Positions 1 through 12,272 of a stretch of 64,000 nt of DNA are shown in pieces. Numbering within the stretch: position 1 is the stretch's first letter; every line of letters begins with the position of its first letter. The stretch is from positions 94,984,001-95,048,000 of the forward strand of contig NC_043005.1 of NCBI RefSeq assembly GCF_006345805.1, given 5' to 3'. The stretch comes from Octopus sinensis. Taxonomy: Eukaryota. A program made the translations under genes and the position numbers. The notes below the pieces were generated by a model, which did no database searches, had not been told where the DNA came from, and saw only the letters and a program-made list of their open reading frames with translations.

Positions 1-899
1 ACATATATACATACACACATACGTACATACATACATATATGCATACCGACATTTACTTAAACACACGCACATACGATATATGTGTACGCGTAAGAGTGTT
101 TGCATTTACACACACATAGAAATGTGTATAAATATGTGTGTTTCTCTATATGTGTGAACGCATATATATTTGTCTACCTTTAATACACACGCTGGCAATG
201 ATTTTAGTGGAGGCTTGTTGATGGGTAGATGGCGGCGGGTATCATTTACTATCGCACCAACCTTTCGTCTTCTCTCTTCATAAGGGTAGGGAGCGAAATA
301 TGAACCGGAAACATTCCAGATACCCAAACGCAGAGTCACTCTAAGTAAGGATGAATATAATACCTTGGTAATTCACTTTTATAGTTTTTCTTTACCATTT
401 TTGGCTTTATTACCTTTACCTTATAAGTTTCAGCGAAATATGGGTAGATGTTTTTACATACCCCATTAACAATCTCATACTTCACCCTTTCGTTTATAAG
501 AAATAGGAGATATAATTGTATGTTTCATAAGTAGATTAAATAAAATTAAGACAAGTAAAGAAGTAATTAACGCTATACGTGAATAATTAAAACAGAAAAG
601 AAAATTAATTCTGAGAGAAAAGAAAACAACTTCTTTAACGTATACAGTATTACTACCGCGAAAATTTATTATTAAAGCAATATTTCGTGGCTGAATGAAC
701 AGCCTTGGCAATTGTTTTTCGTATTATATCAGACTTTCAGACTTTTGTATATTCATTCCAGTTTGGTCCGGTCTCTTTCCATCTGTTTCTCACTCGTTCT
801 CTCTTTCTCCCTCTTAAACACACATACACACATAAACATGTACACACACATACATATACATTTATATAAATATACATACATACACACACACACACAAAG

Positions 900-966
<67 letters not shown>

Positions 967-1000
967 GGAAAAATAAGAATAAACGTAAGTTCATGTTTAA

Positions 1001-1098
1001 GTTCCTACGCGAGTTTCACCATTATGGTTATGTTGGAACCCTAAGATGGTTGTTCCAAATGCATATAGATGACTAACTATAATGGATCCTCAGAGAAC
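1001..1098 (-). ncRNA. Type I hammerhead ribozyme with intact core and long stem II, in a PLE/retrozyme-like island
   Basis: Minus strand reads GTTCT-CTGAGGA-T-CCATTAT...TTGGAAC..GTTCCAA...ATAATGG-T-GAAA-C-TCGC-G-TA-GGAAC. Stem I GTTCT/GGAAC, core CUGAGGA+GAAA, GUA cleavage triplet (cut predicted between 1006 and 1005). The island abuts a (CA)n(TA)n tract. Confidence 0.85.
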
Positions 1099-1145
1099 AC
1101 TTTATTGTATCAACTAACAAAGACATTTTTCTTTAGCTTCTTTCA

Positions 1146-1350
1146 CCGGTTGTCAAGCGGTGATGGGGGAACAAACACAGACACAAAGTTACACGCACAC
1201 ATACAAATATATATGTATATGTATATATGCACGACTGGCTTCTTCGGGCTTCTGCCTACTAAATCCACTCACAATGCTAAAGTACAAGCCCATTTACCCG
1301 AGGTGCCACGCAGTGGGACTGAACCCCGAACCAAGTTTCTTACCACACAC
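1146..1350 (-). mobile_element. SINE family A, partial copy
   Basis: Matches the full copies at 21749-22147 and 44155-44576 (gtgccacgcagtgggactgaacc, aaatccactcaca, gttgtcaagc). Confidence 0.75.
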
Positions 1351-2849
1351 CCATATACATACATACATACATACATACATACATACATACATACATACAC
1401 ACATACATACATACATACACACATACATACATACATGCATACATGCATACTTATGTATGTATCATCAATTCTTTTTCAGATGATATTCTCAGGAATGCAA
1501 GCGCAATTTATTAAATGAATTTGTGTGTGTGTGTGTGCATGTAAACTTAGTTGCGTGTGCGTGATCTGGGCACACGTTTTCGTGCACTTACAGCCTTTCA
1601 GGGTATTCCATATATCATTGCAAGGTTAACACAGACAATAAATAGGAAACCTTTTAAAACTACTTAAACTTCTATTCACTGATCTCAAACGTTATTGAAA
1701 TGCTATTGCTGATATGGTGTAAAATGTACCATACAGAAGAAATTTATCTCCTAGCGAGTTCGCTATGCAATTTTTTATCTACAGTCGTAAACTTACTAAA
1801 TTTCATTCTACCCTAAAACAACTCTCTTCCTAATCGTTTTACTCTTAAGCAACTTTCAAATACCTTCCCTTACATAAATACCATTATATATTTTTTTTTT
1901 ATTTTCTCTCCTTTCATAAAGAAAATTTTCGGAAGAGATTTTTCACGAGTCAAAAATTTGTCTTTGTAAGATTTGGCAGTGCTAAATCCATCAAACAACA
2001 CAAAGAATGTTTTAAGAAATTTTATCCTAAGACCTGTTTTTAGACAAAATTTCCCAAGTGTTCCTTATTTTGAGATTATTTTCCCCTTAGGATCTCCTTA
2101 CTGTCTTCAAACGAAAACCTTCTTATGGAATATGCCATGCGTGTTTAAATCTTTCTACTATAGTCACAAGGCCTGAAATTTTGGTAGAAGGGGCTTGCCG
2201 ATTACATTGACCCCAGTACTTGACTAGTATTTCTACCAATGATCCTACCAATTCCTCGCCTGATCATGCATGTATAATAAAGTTATGAAAAAAAAAGAGA
2301 AATTGCTCAGAAATGCTCATGCGTATTAAATTAGCTTTTATATCACTATTTTTCACCGAGATTAATTTTGTCTTTGATCCTTACAGAGTCGATAAAACAG
2401 AGCCCCAATCCAACGTGGAGGAATTGGCTTAATTGTTAGAAGGTCAGCTGATATAACTTGCGGTGTCTGAGTTCTTTTGCACTCTGATAGAAACGCCTTC
2501 GGCGGCAGTGGTGCCAAGAGATATCGGGCTTTAAGTGGTAACCTTTACCTTGGGCAACATCAGTGACGCGTAGAGGAAAGATTTGCATGTGTGAGTAACT
2601 ACTAATCTTCATAAAAAAAACCTTGTCCAGGAATGTGCATAAGATGTAGTGATCGACATATGTCCCCTATGGTAACTGCTTTGGTAGTTTCTCGCATCCG
2701 AGAAAGTTCTGCAATTGTTTGCTGCATCACGTGCACAGATGACTTGTTAATAGTAATCAAACGTTTGTTCTGCACATTGGCCAATTCCCTCCACCAAATC
2801 AACATTGCTTGTACAAGTGCATGGTACCACACGTCAGATGTCGAAGTAG

Positions 2850-2971
2850 TTGCAGAGCAACTTGATATGAACTGTTTTGCTCAAGAATACAACGCTTCAC
2901 CTGGTCCGGGATTCGAAACCACGAACTCGTGATTGTGAGTGCAACACCCTAACCACTAGATTACGCGCTCC
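2850..2971 (-). mobile_element. tRNA-derived SINE head
   Basis: Minus strand has an A-box-like TAGTGGTTAGGG and a B-box GGTTTCGAATCC, followed by a ttgagcaaaac core-like segment. Confidence 0.6.
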
Positions 2972-5248
2972 AATATTTTTAATTTACACGCACACAACCT
3001 ACCCACTCATCAACACACACATATACACACACGTACATATATAAACACACACACAGCAGACATGCATAAACAAATATGTCACACTTACAGATTAAGAAAC
3101 GTTCACTAAGTAGACACTAGTGTCACCTAAGAAGATTTGTTTGTAAATATTGTTAAAATGCTTTGCGATATTTAGTTGATCCACCTTCTTTCCTTCAAAT
3201 ATCACCAATATTGACTTACGTCTTTCACACATTCTTGTCGATAAACGGAGGCCATCGCCGAATTTGTGACACTGTTTTAGAATTCATTAACATTGATTTC
3301 TTATACAGAGACAAAACTTCACAGTTGGAGGATGGATGTAATCGGATATAACGACCCCAGTTCTTCCAGCACTTGACTGGTATTTTATTTCATCGATCTT
3401 GAACGGATGAAAAGCAAAGTTGATTTCGACGAAGTTTGAACACAGAACATTAAGATCTACAACTAAATACCACGGCGCATTTTGCCCATCAATCTACCGA
3501 TTCTTCTTATCCATAAATACTGATTTTTAGCATAGGCAGGACTTTAGTTTAAAGGAGCTGTATAATCGATTATATCGATCTGATTAGTTGATTGGAACTT
3601 TATTGTACCATCCTCAAGCAGAAAGAGCAAAGTTTACCTCAGTGTGCTTTGAACTCAGGCCGTGAAAGAATTGATTTTATCCAATGCCCAATGTTGCTAA
3701 TTTATCCCACTTCCAAAATACTGAAAAGTTATCATGTAGGCACTGAAAGAAGATCTTGAGCTGTGCCCGCCCTGTTCTGACTAAACCGTTAAAAGAAAGA
3801 AAGTTCGAAATCGCAAGGCCACGGAGAAACTCTGTTGCTTTGTAGACCGGTAAAAATTGTTGATGCTGATGTTACAGTTATTGTTGACATCGTTGTTGTT
3901 TAACCAAACGCCAATCTTGTTTAAGCAAACCCACAATGAAATGCATTCCAGCTATGGCCATCCTGTAACTTTAGATATAACAGTCAAAACTCGATTCTAA
4001 AACCACACCAAACATTCATACAGCACCAGGAGAATATTTGATGTGGTTTTAGAGTCAAGTTTTGACTGCTATATCTAGCATGACGGTATCTTTTAGATAC
4101 CCTAATTATAATTTTAATAATAATTATTACTAATGAGCTTTTTATTCTCATGCTAGCCACTTGATATGATCGGTATTTTAAATAACGATCTTATCCTTAT
4201 ATATATATATATATACACACACACATTTTTCTTCCATAGACAAAGGGTAGATATGGCTGCTTTTTCTAGCAGGTCGAGAAACCAAATAAAAAACTCCTTT
4301 AGCTAATAGACTCAATACATTGTTGTTTAGCTATACCAATCAAGGCCATCTCATCTCTATGTATCATTTATTCATAAGGCGGCAGGTTGGGTGTGATTTA
4401 AGGTCTGAGGTAGATTTGGCAACTATTTCTAGCAAGTCGAAGGACCACGTAAGACGCTCCCTCGTCGGCTTGTAGTCATAATATGTAATATGGTAGATGC
4501 GATTTAGATAAACCACAGCACGTAGACAGAGGTCGACTTGATAAACAATCCGTATACGTCGTGACTGCTTAGGCACAGCTTGTAACATAGCAATGAGCCC
4601 TAAATTGTTTCGAATCGTTTCCCCTTTTTAGTTCTACACCTCTTGCCCAAATGATACCACCTCCCCACCGATCTACCCCTGTCCCTGTGTGTATTTTATA
4701 GCATTATCCTAAAGAGTGGGTCACAGAACGGTTGTTAACTCTAGAAGTTTCAAGAAAACAGTGTTAAAACACAAAAACTGTGTTATGATTACCTTCGCTG
4801 ACAACGTTCCTCCCTCTCCACCACCACCACCTCCGCCGCCGCCGCTTTACTTATTATCAGTACCAAACTTTAGGAACTACAGCTGTAAACATGTTATCTG
4901 GAAATATATATGCGCGCATGTCCTTGTGTGCGTATGTATATGTACGCGCAAGCGTGTGTGTGTGTACGTATGTAATATGTAAAAATACATTATGATGTGT
5001 GTGTGTGTAATATATTAATATATATATATATATATATATATATAAGAGTATGTATGCCGCTGACCAGATTGGAGCAATCTCAAGAATAATCAGCCGAAAT
5101 TGCGAGGATAATCTGGTGCTTGACCGAGGATAGAGGGCTTCGAATGACCCGTCCTTGTTTTCGTTGTATCGTCTATCTGGATGTTTTACTGTCCCTTTTT
5201 GTATCAACTAGCTATCCGGATGTTTTGCGTTCTTGTCCCATTTTGTAT

Positions 5249-5316
<68 letters not shown>

Positions 5317-5578
5317 TATATATATATATATATTATATATATAATAAGAGTAAATAATATCTTTAATGGTTTTTAAAAAAACCAACAATTATTTACTGGT
5401 AGATTTCGGCATGTAAATATAACCATTAAATAGTGGAAGAAAGCAAGCAAGGAAGGAAAATTTACGAATTCTATCGTCTATATAGGTTTAGCCTATGCTT
5501 GATTTCTTCCACTATTTCGATGTCGCCTGATCGGGAAATGGAGGTACGTAGCATTTGATAAATCTATTTTAGTGGAGG

Positions 5579-5633
5579 TTTACGCTGACGTATATATTTT
5601 ATTATATTCCTAATCTAGAAACGCGTTCGTAAA
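5579..5633 (+). ncRNA. Degenerate minimal hammerhead (A9 mutated) with palindromic stem III
   Basis: TTTACG-CTGACGT-...-GAAACGCGTT-CGTAAA. Stem I TTTACG/CGTAAA, AACGCGTT palindrome. The island 5345-5769 is bounded by (TA)n on both sides. Confidence 0.6.
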
Positions 5634-5766
5634 TGACCGTGAGACTTTGTTTTCGTTATATCTTCCTTCTGTTTTGCATAGTGGATTACAGGGATATGTC
5701 GTATGTGGAGTCTCATTTGTAGAAAATAGAAATAAACAGTCTTTGTCTGCTATTTCTAATTTTTTC

Positions 5767-5812
<46 letters not shown>

Positions 5813-5970
5813 GTGAATCTTAAATCGAAAGAAAAGCATAGTAGAGGCACTTGCAAGAGAGGCCATAGACCAACGTGTTTTAGGGTCTGCAGAAATGCTG
5901 TAAAGCTGAGCGCTTTATGGATGTGAGACCCAGAGTAACCCCACAGACCGGTCATCTCTCTCTATATATA

Positions 5971-6003
<33 letters not shown>

Positions 6004-6240
6004 CCCTATTTATCTCTCTCTCTCTTTATATGTATACATACATACATACATACATACATACATACATACATACATACTACATACATACATACATACATAC
6101 CCTTAGTAGTACGCCCATGCGCTGTATAGACCAATTTCCTTATTATTATTATTATTATTATTATATTATTATTGTTATTATTATTATTATTATTTTATTA
6201 TATTATTATTATTATTATTATTATATTATTATTATTATTC

Positions 6241-7820
6241 AGTAGTTTTATTTTTATAGAGTGCTTTCACTTCACTACCGAACGCAGCCCTGTGTGCCTT
6301 AGGTATGTGCTGTGATTTGTTGTGATGCTCTGATGGTTATTGTATGGAAAGTGCTCTGCGTAGGATGTGTGCAGTGCCTAGTAGTGCAATTTTCTGTATG
6401 TTATATGTGTTTGTAAGACCTGGTGTTTTTTTTATGTATTTGTCTGAATATTTTTTATCATGCCTAATGCACCTACTATGATAGGAATTGTTTCTGTTTT
6501 TAGATTCCACATTCTGGTTATCTCTATTTTCAGGTCTTTGTATTTTGAAAGTTTCTCCATTTCTTTTAGAGACACGTTGCCATCTGCCGGTATTGATACA
6601 TCAATTAGAAAGCATTTTTTTTCTTCATGAACTCTGACAACTATATCTGGTCTGTTGGCCTTAATTTCTCTATCTGTGTGTATTGGCATATCCCAGAGTA
6701 TGGTTGCTTTCTCGTTTTCTGTGTCCTTTTCTGGTGTGTGCCTATACCATCTTTTTTCTGTTGTTATTCCATAATGTTGGCATAGCTTCCAGTGTATGTA
6801 GGTTCCAACTCTGTCATGTCTGTGAATATATTCCTTCTTAGCCAGGACTGGGCAGCCAGAGATAATATGATTTATTGTTTCTTGTCCATCTTCACATATT
6901 CTGCAGTTACTTGTTATATTTCTTTTCATTACATGTTTTTGGTAATTTCTGGTGGGGAGGCTTTGGTCTTGTGCTGCAATTAAAAATCCCTCTGTCTCTG
7001 CTTTGAGTCCTGAGCTTCTCAACCATTGCTGGGATTTTTCTTTGTCTATTTCTTTTGCGTTTAGTTTAGTCCAGTATTTACCATGAAGGGGCTTTACTTG
7101 CCATCGTTTTATCATGGTTCGTTGCTGTTCTATTTTTAGTTTGGATTCATTTGTTTTATAGCTTTTTGTTGTTTCTTCTTCTTTTCTTCTTCTTCTTCTT
7201 CTTCTTCTTCTTCTTCTTCTCTTCTTTTCTTCTTTCTTCTTCTTCTTCTTCTTCTTCTTCATTTTATTAGGTGGTATGATTTCTTGTTTGTATTTGTCAG
7301 CTTCCTTAAATACTGAGAACAGTTTTTTGTTTTGCTCGTGTTTTGCCGCTATTTGTATCAGCTTTCCTTCCTTCTGAAGTAGATATTTTTGCAGTCCTAT
7401 GGTGGTTATTTTATAGTAGTTTTCCAGCTGTATAAGGCCTCTACCACCTTCTATACGTTGTATATATAGTCTTTCTATGTCAGATTTTGAGTGATGCATC
7501 CTAGATCCTGTCATTATTTTCCTTGTTTTCCTATCTATTTTGGTCAGTTCATTTAGTGTCCAGTTAAGGGGACAGCTAAAGTGTTAATACCTATTATCTT
7601 GTTTTTAGCATTGAGCTCTGTTTTTAGTATTGATCTAACTCGTCTATAATATTCTTTTTTTATTTTCTCTTTCATTTGTGTGTGTTGTGTCTTATCTAGT
7701 TCATGGATTCCTAAGTATTTGTAAGTTTGGCTTTGGTCTAATTCTTTTATTTCATTGGTTTTATCTAGTGTGATGTTGTTACTCTTGACTAGTTTTCCTC
7801 TTTTCATGGTTACTTTGGGG

Positions 7821-7821
<1 letters not shown>
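6241..7821 (-). mobile_element. 5'-truncated R4/Dong-clade non-LTR retrotransposon (RT C-terminus, CCHC knuckle, restriction-like endonuclease), frameshifted
   Basis: ORF pieces YKYLGI, RLYIQRIEGGRGL, CRICEDGQETINHIISGC, RHD, RPDIVV...LIDVSIP...KLSKY, and terminal ALLGTAHILRRALSIQ* (stop about 6337). Flanked on both sides by (TAA)n, the known Dong target. Confidence 0.92.
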
Positions 7822-7881
<60 letters not shown>

Positions 7882-7899
7882 TTCATGGTTACTTTGGCG

Positions 7900-7968
<69 letters not shown>

Positions 7969-8430
7969 ATGCATAAACACACATGCAGGTGTACATACTC
8001 ATATACATATATGCAGTCAATATTATATATTTTTTTTGAAAAATAAGTGACTATTTAATATTTAACATTTGAAATATTCGTTGCAATGAGCAGAGCGAAA
8101 GAGCTCCAGGAATAATAGGCAAACGAAGAACAACCATCCCGTGATGATATTCATTCAGCAGAACATTACAAACAAATCTCCCTTTCATGGTGTAATATTC
8201 AGATCATTTAGATTCTGAAGAATTAAACAAACACGGATATTCAAACAGCGAGCATTCAAACTAATAGACCAACCCATAGAATAATATAAACGCAAACATA
8301 ACACAAAATATACATCAGAGATTAAACCCCTTGAAAATATACAAACCTACATGTCACGTGTATGAAATGAAACAAATGCATACAATCAACAGAAAATATT
8401 AAAGCATTATCAAAAATCGCATTAAAAAAA

Positions 8431-8655
8431 GCCGTTAATAACACACGTATTTAGCTTTCTATTAAACATCCAGTGTCTCTGTTTGATCACATCCGTATTC
8501 GTTTGATATTTACTGTTTTAACAGTAACAGCCTTTAGTTTTAATAGTCATTGGTTAATATAGATCAGATCACGCGTGCGCCATTTTAAAATTACTGGCTG
8601 CACAAAACAGAGTGAAAGACAGATAATGAAAGAAAATATATGTGTGCAACAGAAA
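8431..8655 (+). repeat. About 225-bp direct duplicate of 11456-11682
   Basis: Near-identical from gccgttaataacac to gcaacagaaa, with a few substitutions and one 2-nt indel. Confidence 0.9.
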
Positions 8656-9789
8656 TGCTAATAATAAACTACAAAAACAAACGCAAAAATTAAAAACCTT
8701 ATCAAACAAAACCACAAACCTGTAAGCCCGCCATTAAGCTACTAATGAGCCATGGTTTACAAATACAATTGTAAACGAGCAAGTTATAAACTTCACAAAT
8801 AAGTTTGTTATATTTGACCGCACAACTGCAGTACATCGCACAGTCCAAACGAAATCTGATAAGAAAAAGTTGTTAAACATGGCAGTACCCCAGCACTGAA
8901 GGCGGAGCCTCAGCATGGCTGCGCTCTAATAATTGAAACAAGTAAAAGCAGATAAAAAAGCAATTCTATCAAAATACAGAATTTGTGGAAGTCATAAACA
9001 TGATAAACTCACAAGATGATCATAGTTTCTCCATCTTAGTAAAAATTTGTAAGTTCTTTATCTTTGTAAGAAGGCTTAAAAGCTATTTATGAACTAATTT
9101 CTCTTGGATTAATATTCATCCAAACCAAGAATTTGAAGGAGATGATATCAAAGAAGAATTAATCATTTTATAGGTAGCATAATAAATTGGTAAATATTAA
9201 AGGTCTCTTTGTAGTTATTCAAATTTTTACTGTTTTCATTCGTGAAGCGCGTAGTAAATTGGTCTGTATCAAAGCCACCGTTGTTCTCATTAAAAACCTA
9301 TATTCATAATTAACCATAAGATTAAAAGAAAGGTCATTGTTGAGGTCATTTTAATAAATTCATTACAATGATTAATTCTCCCTTTGGTGTCAATTCCTGC
9401 AAACTGTTGGTTAAGTTCAGTCGAGAGAAAGAACAAGATACTGTAACACCCATTACGAGGGACCACACACTTTATAAAGGTGCTATTTAACCATTATTAG
9501 TCAAAGGTCCTGTTCTAGTAATTTATTTCATGAAGCATCAGGGTCTTCAACGTAAAGAATTTCAGTGACATTACTACAACGTGTCTATGAGCTGAACAAA
9601 AAGGTTCTTTCTCTATTAAAATACGAATATGCGAAGTGAAAAAGTGGGGGTAAATATGCAGAATATCAAACAATGTTTTTTTTTTTGTTTTTGCTCCAAT
9701 CAAAAAAATGTTATTACAAAGTGGGTTAAAAATATTTATTCTTGGAGTGCAAAAGCAAATATTAAAGTTAAATGTTAAATTTCTGAATA

Positions 9790-10239
9790 CAAGCATACCT
9801 CAACTTACTCGGAAAACGACGTAAAACGAAAAACTTCTTTCAAAAATTTATTAGCCTATATCTGTTTTAATAAATAATTTCTACATATTTTGACAAGTAT
9901 TTTATTTTATTTTTCTATTTCAGTATTGATTTGTGCTTTTTCTTTTAAAGTTTTATGTATTGAAATGTTTGCTGAGACCGACGTAAGGTCGAAAAATCGA
10001 CTGAAGTAGACGTTTATTTCTCCATTTATAAGGTTGTCCCAAAAGTTCGTAGAAAGTCTTGGAAAATAATGGTCTTTATTAAGAGGAATAATTTTTGTTG
10101 TTTTTGTTAGTACTTGGCGAGTAAAAATTCAATTTTCGCAAGTGTTAACGAACTTTTGGGACAACCTAATATTTCTTTTAAAAACGACGTAAAGTCGGAA
10201 AAGACGTAACTCGAAACGACATAAGTTGAGGTATACCTG
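9790..10239. mobile_element. pogo/Tigger-like MITE
   Basis: TIRs CAAGCATACCTCAACTTA / TAAGTTGAGGTATACCTG, internal cgacgtaa subterminal motifs, TA on the left side. Confidence 0.7.
10029..10169. mobile_element. mariner-type MITE nested in the Tigger-like MITE
   Basis: TIRs AGGTTGTCCCAAAAGTTCGT / ACGAACTTTTGGGACAACCT, TA duplication at 10027-10028 and 10170-10171. Confidence 0.85.
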
Positions 10240-10340
10240 AACTTTCATCATTTAAATATTTACAATTTTTTTCCATGGGGTGTGCACGAATTAGTTTATG
10301 AATAATCTTCATCGAATTATTTTATAGACAGATAACAAGG

Positions 10341-10683
10341 CTTGGCGGATCTAAAGCGATTGTCTAAATCGATGAATTGTGCTTTTCACATAAAGCAAAT
10401 CACCATCGGTTACGTGCATCGCACAAACAACCTTGTTACCCAGAACTACAGTGCATAGAGGTAGATCAATAGAAGGTTTATGTGAACAGTGACAAAGAAC
10501 TTCCGATCAAGCAGAAGACGTTAAACCATTCTTTGCATTTCGTCGATGAAAGACACTGAGCTGCACACTCAAGCGATACATAGTGATAAGAGTAAAATCG
10601 AATCTCTTATTAAAGGATTACGTAACTGCAGATGAGGTTTTTGCACTCCTAGCTTCATGAGTATATGTGGTGTGAAAAATACT
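10341..10683 (+). pseudogene. Decayed Merlin/IS1595-family DDE transposase
   Basis: Translates in pieces to LGGSKAIV*IDELCFSHKANHHR, NHSLHFVD..ELHTQAIHS and S*LHEYMWCEKY, matching the Merlin motifs GG..VQIDES.F.HK, VNHS..FVD..G.HTQ.IES and YLDE.MWR. Confidence 0.75.
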
Positions 10684-12272
10684 CAAGTAGAAGAAGTTTC
10701 ATTCTTGGGCGCCATTGTGAAAAAATATATCTATAATAAATTAATAATGAATTTGCACGACATGATCATTCGGCCTACAAGAAATAGCTGTCTAAATCCT
10801 TCAAGTCACACTCCTACCGTCTTATGAAAAGAAACGTAGGATGATCATTCTGTACACTTCGTTGTTCCCTGTATACAAAAAAAAAGACGAGCAGATCGAG
10901 GTTGGAATGCTTGTGATTTAATATCTCTTCGATAAGAGCTGATTTAGGGTTAAATAACTACAACGGATCGCATAAAAGAGAATGAGAAAGAGAAGAAAAA
11001 GCGAGATAATGTTTGTGTATGCGTTTATATGTGCAAGGGAAAAAACAGAGATAGAAATATATAGAGAGAAAGGGAAAGAGAGAACAGTAAAGAATACTTC
11101 TGTAATCATAACTTCTGACCTAGCACATCTCGATAATATATTGTTAATGTGACCCGAGCAGAAGAATTCACTGTTAAATAAATGGATGTTGCTTGTTAAA
11201 TAGATATTCTAATTTCAACAATTGACGCTTGAATTTCTAACAGTTATAATGTCAGTAAAATATCAAGGTTACAAAAGAAAGAAAAAATAAAACAAGGGAA
11301 GAAACGCTCAACAAAAATAAAACAGTCGCAGCAGCCACAGTGGCCATAACAACAAGTATAAGTATAATAAAAAATAATGCACTCCATCATGGTGGTTATG
11401 TCATAATGGCGCCCACAATGAGATGTTTACTAAAGCGAATTTCAAAGAGCAAATTGCCGTTAATAACACACGTCTTTAGCTTTCTATCAAACATCCAGTG
11501 TCTCTGTTTGATCACATCCGTATTCGTTTGATATTTACTGTTTTAACGGTAACAGCCTTTAGTTTTAATAGTCATTGGTTAATATAGATCAGATCACGCG
11601 TGCGCCATTTTAAAATTACTGGCTGCACAAAACAGAGTGAAAGACAGATAATGAAAGAAAATATGTGCGTGTGCAACAGAAAGTAAGTGTGACAAAGTGA
11701 GAAAGGAAAGGGTATTAAACGCGTGCAATTAATATCTCCGAACATTTGCTTGTATATTATGATGCCAGTGAGGAAGTCTTGAGCCAACTAAGAAGCCTTC
11801 TACGCGGTCATTTAATCTGCGAGAAATAGCAGCCAATTTTCCCTCAACTCACATCTTCACCGTTACCAAATCACGATAGGACACATTAGATATACATGAT
11901 AATATTAGATAAACATACGGGAAGGTCACGAATAGAATGATTTCAGTTATATATTTACATGCGCGATCAGGTTTGATATGAAGTTAAGCAAAACAACGTA
12001 CTCTAATAAAGCATTTTAGCCTCAAAGCCCTGGGCTTAGTGCTTAGGGTGTTGGGCTCATGATCACAATGTCGTGAGTTCGATTCCTGGATCGAACAACA
12101 CTACTTCAAATCACACTGTCTCAGTCTCAGTTGTACTAGCCAAGTGCTGACGTACGAATATATGTTTTCATATGTGTATGTGTAAATATTATATACATAA
12201 CCCTTACATGCAGTTTTATCTATTTCGAGTTATACTGTTGAAAAATTATTTTACGTTCTTTCGAAGGTCTTC

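Noticed and set aside
5060-5118. Twister-like or hammerhead-like nested stems (CCAGATT/AATCTGG, GCAAT/ATTGC)
   Set aside because: The conserved catalytic nucleotides of either ribozyme class are absent.
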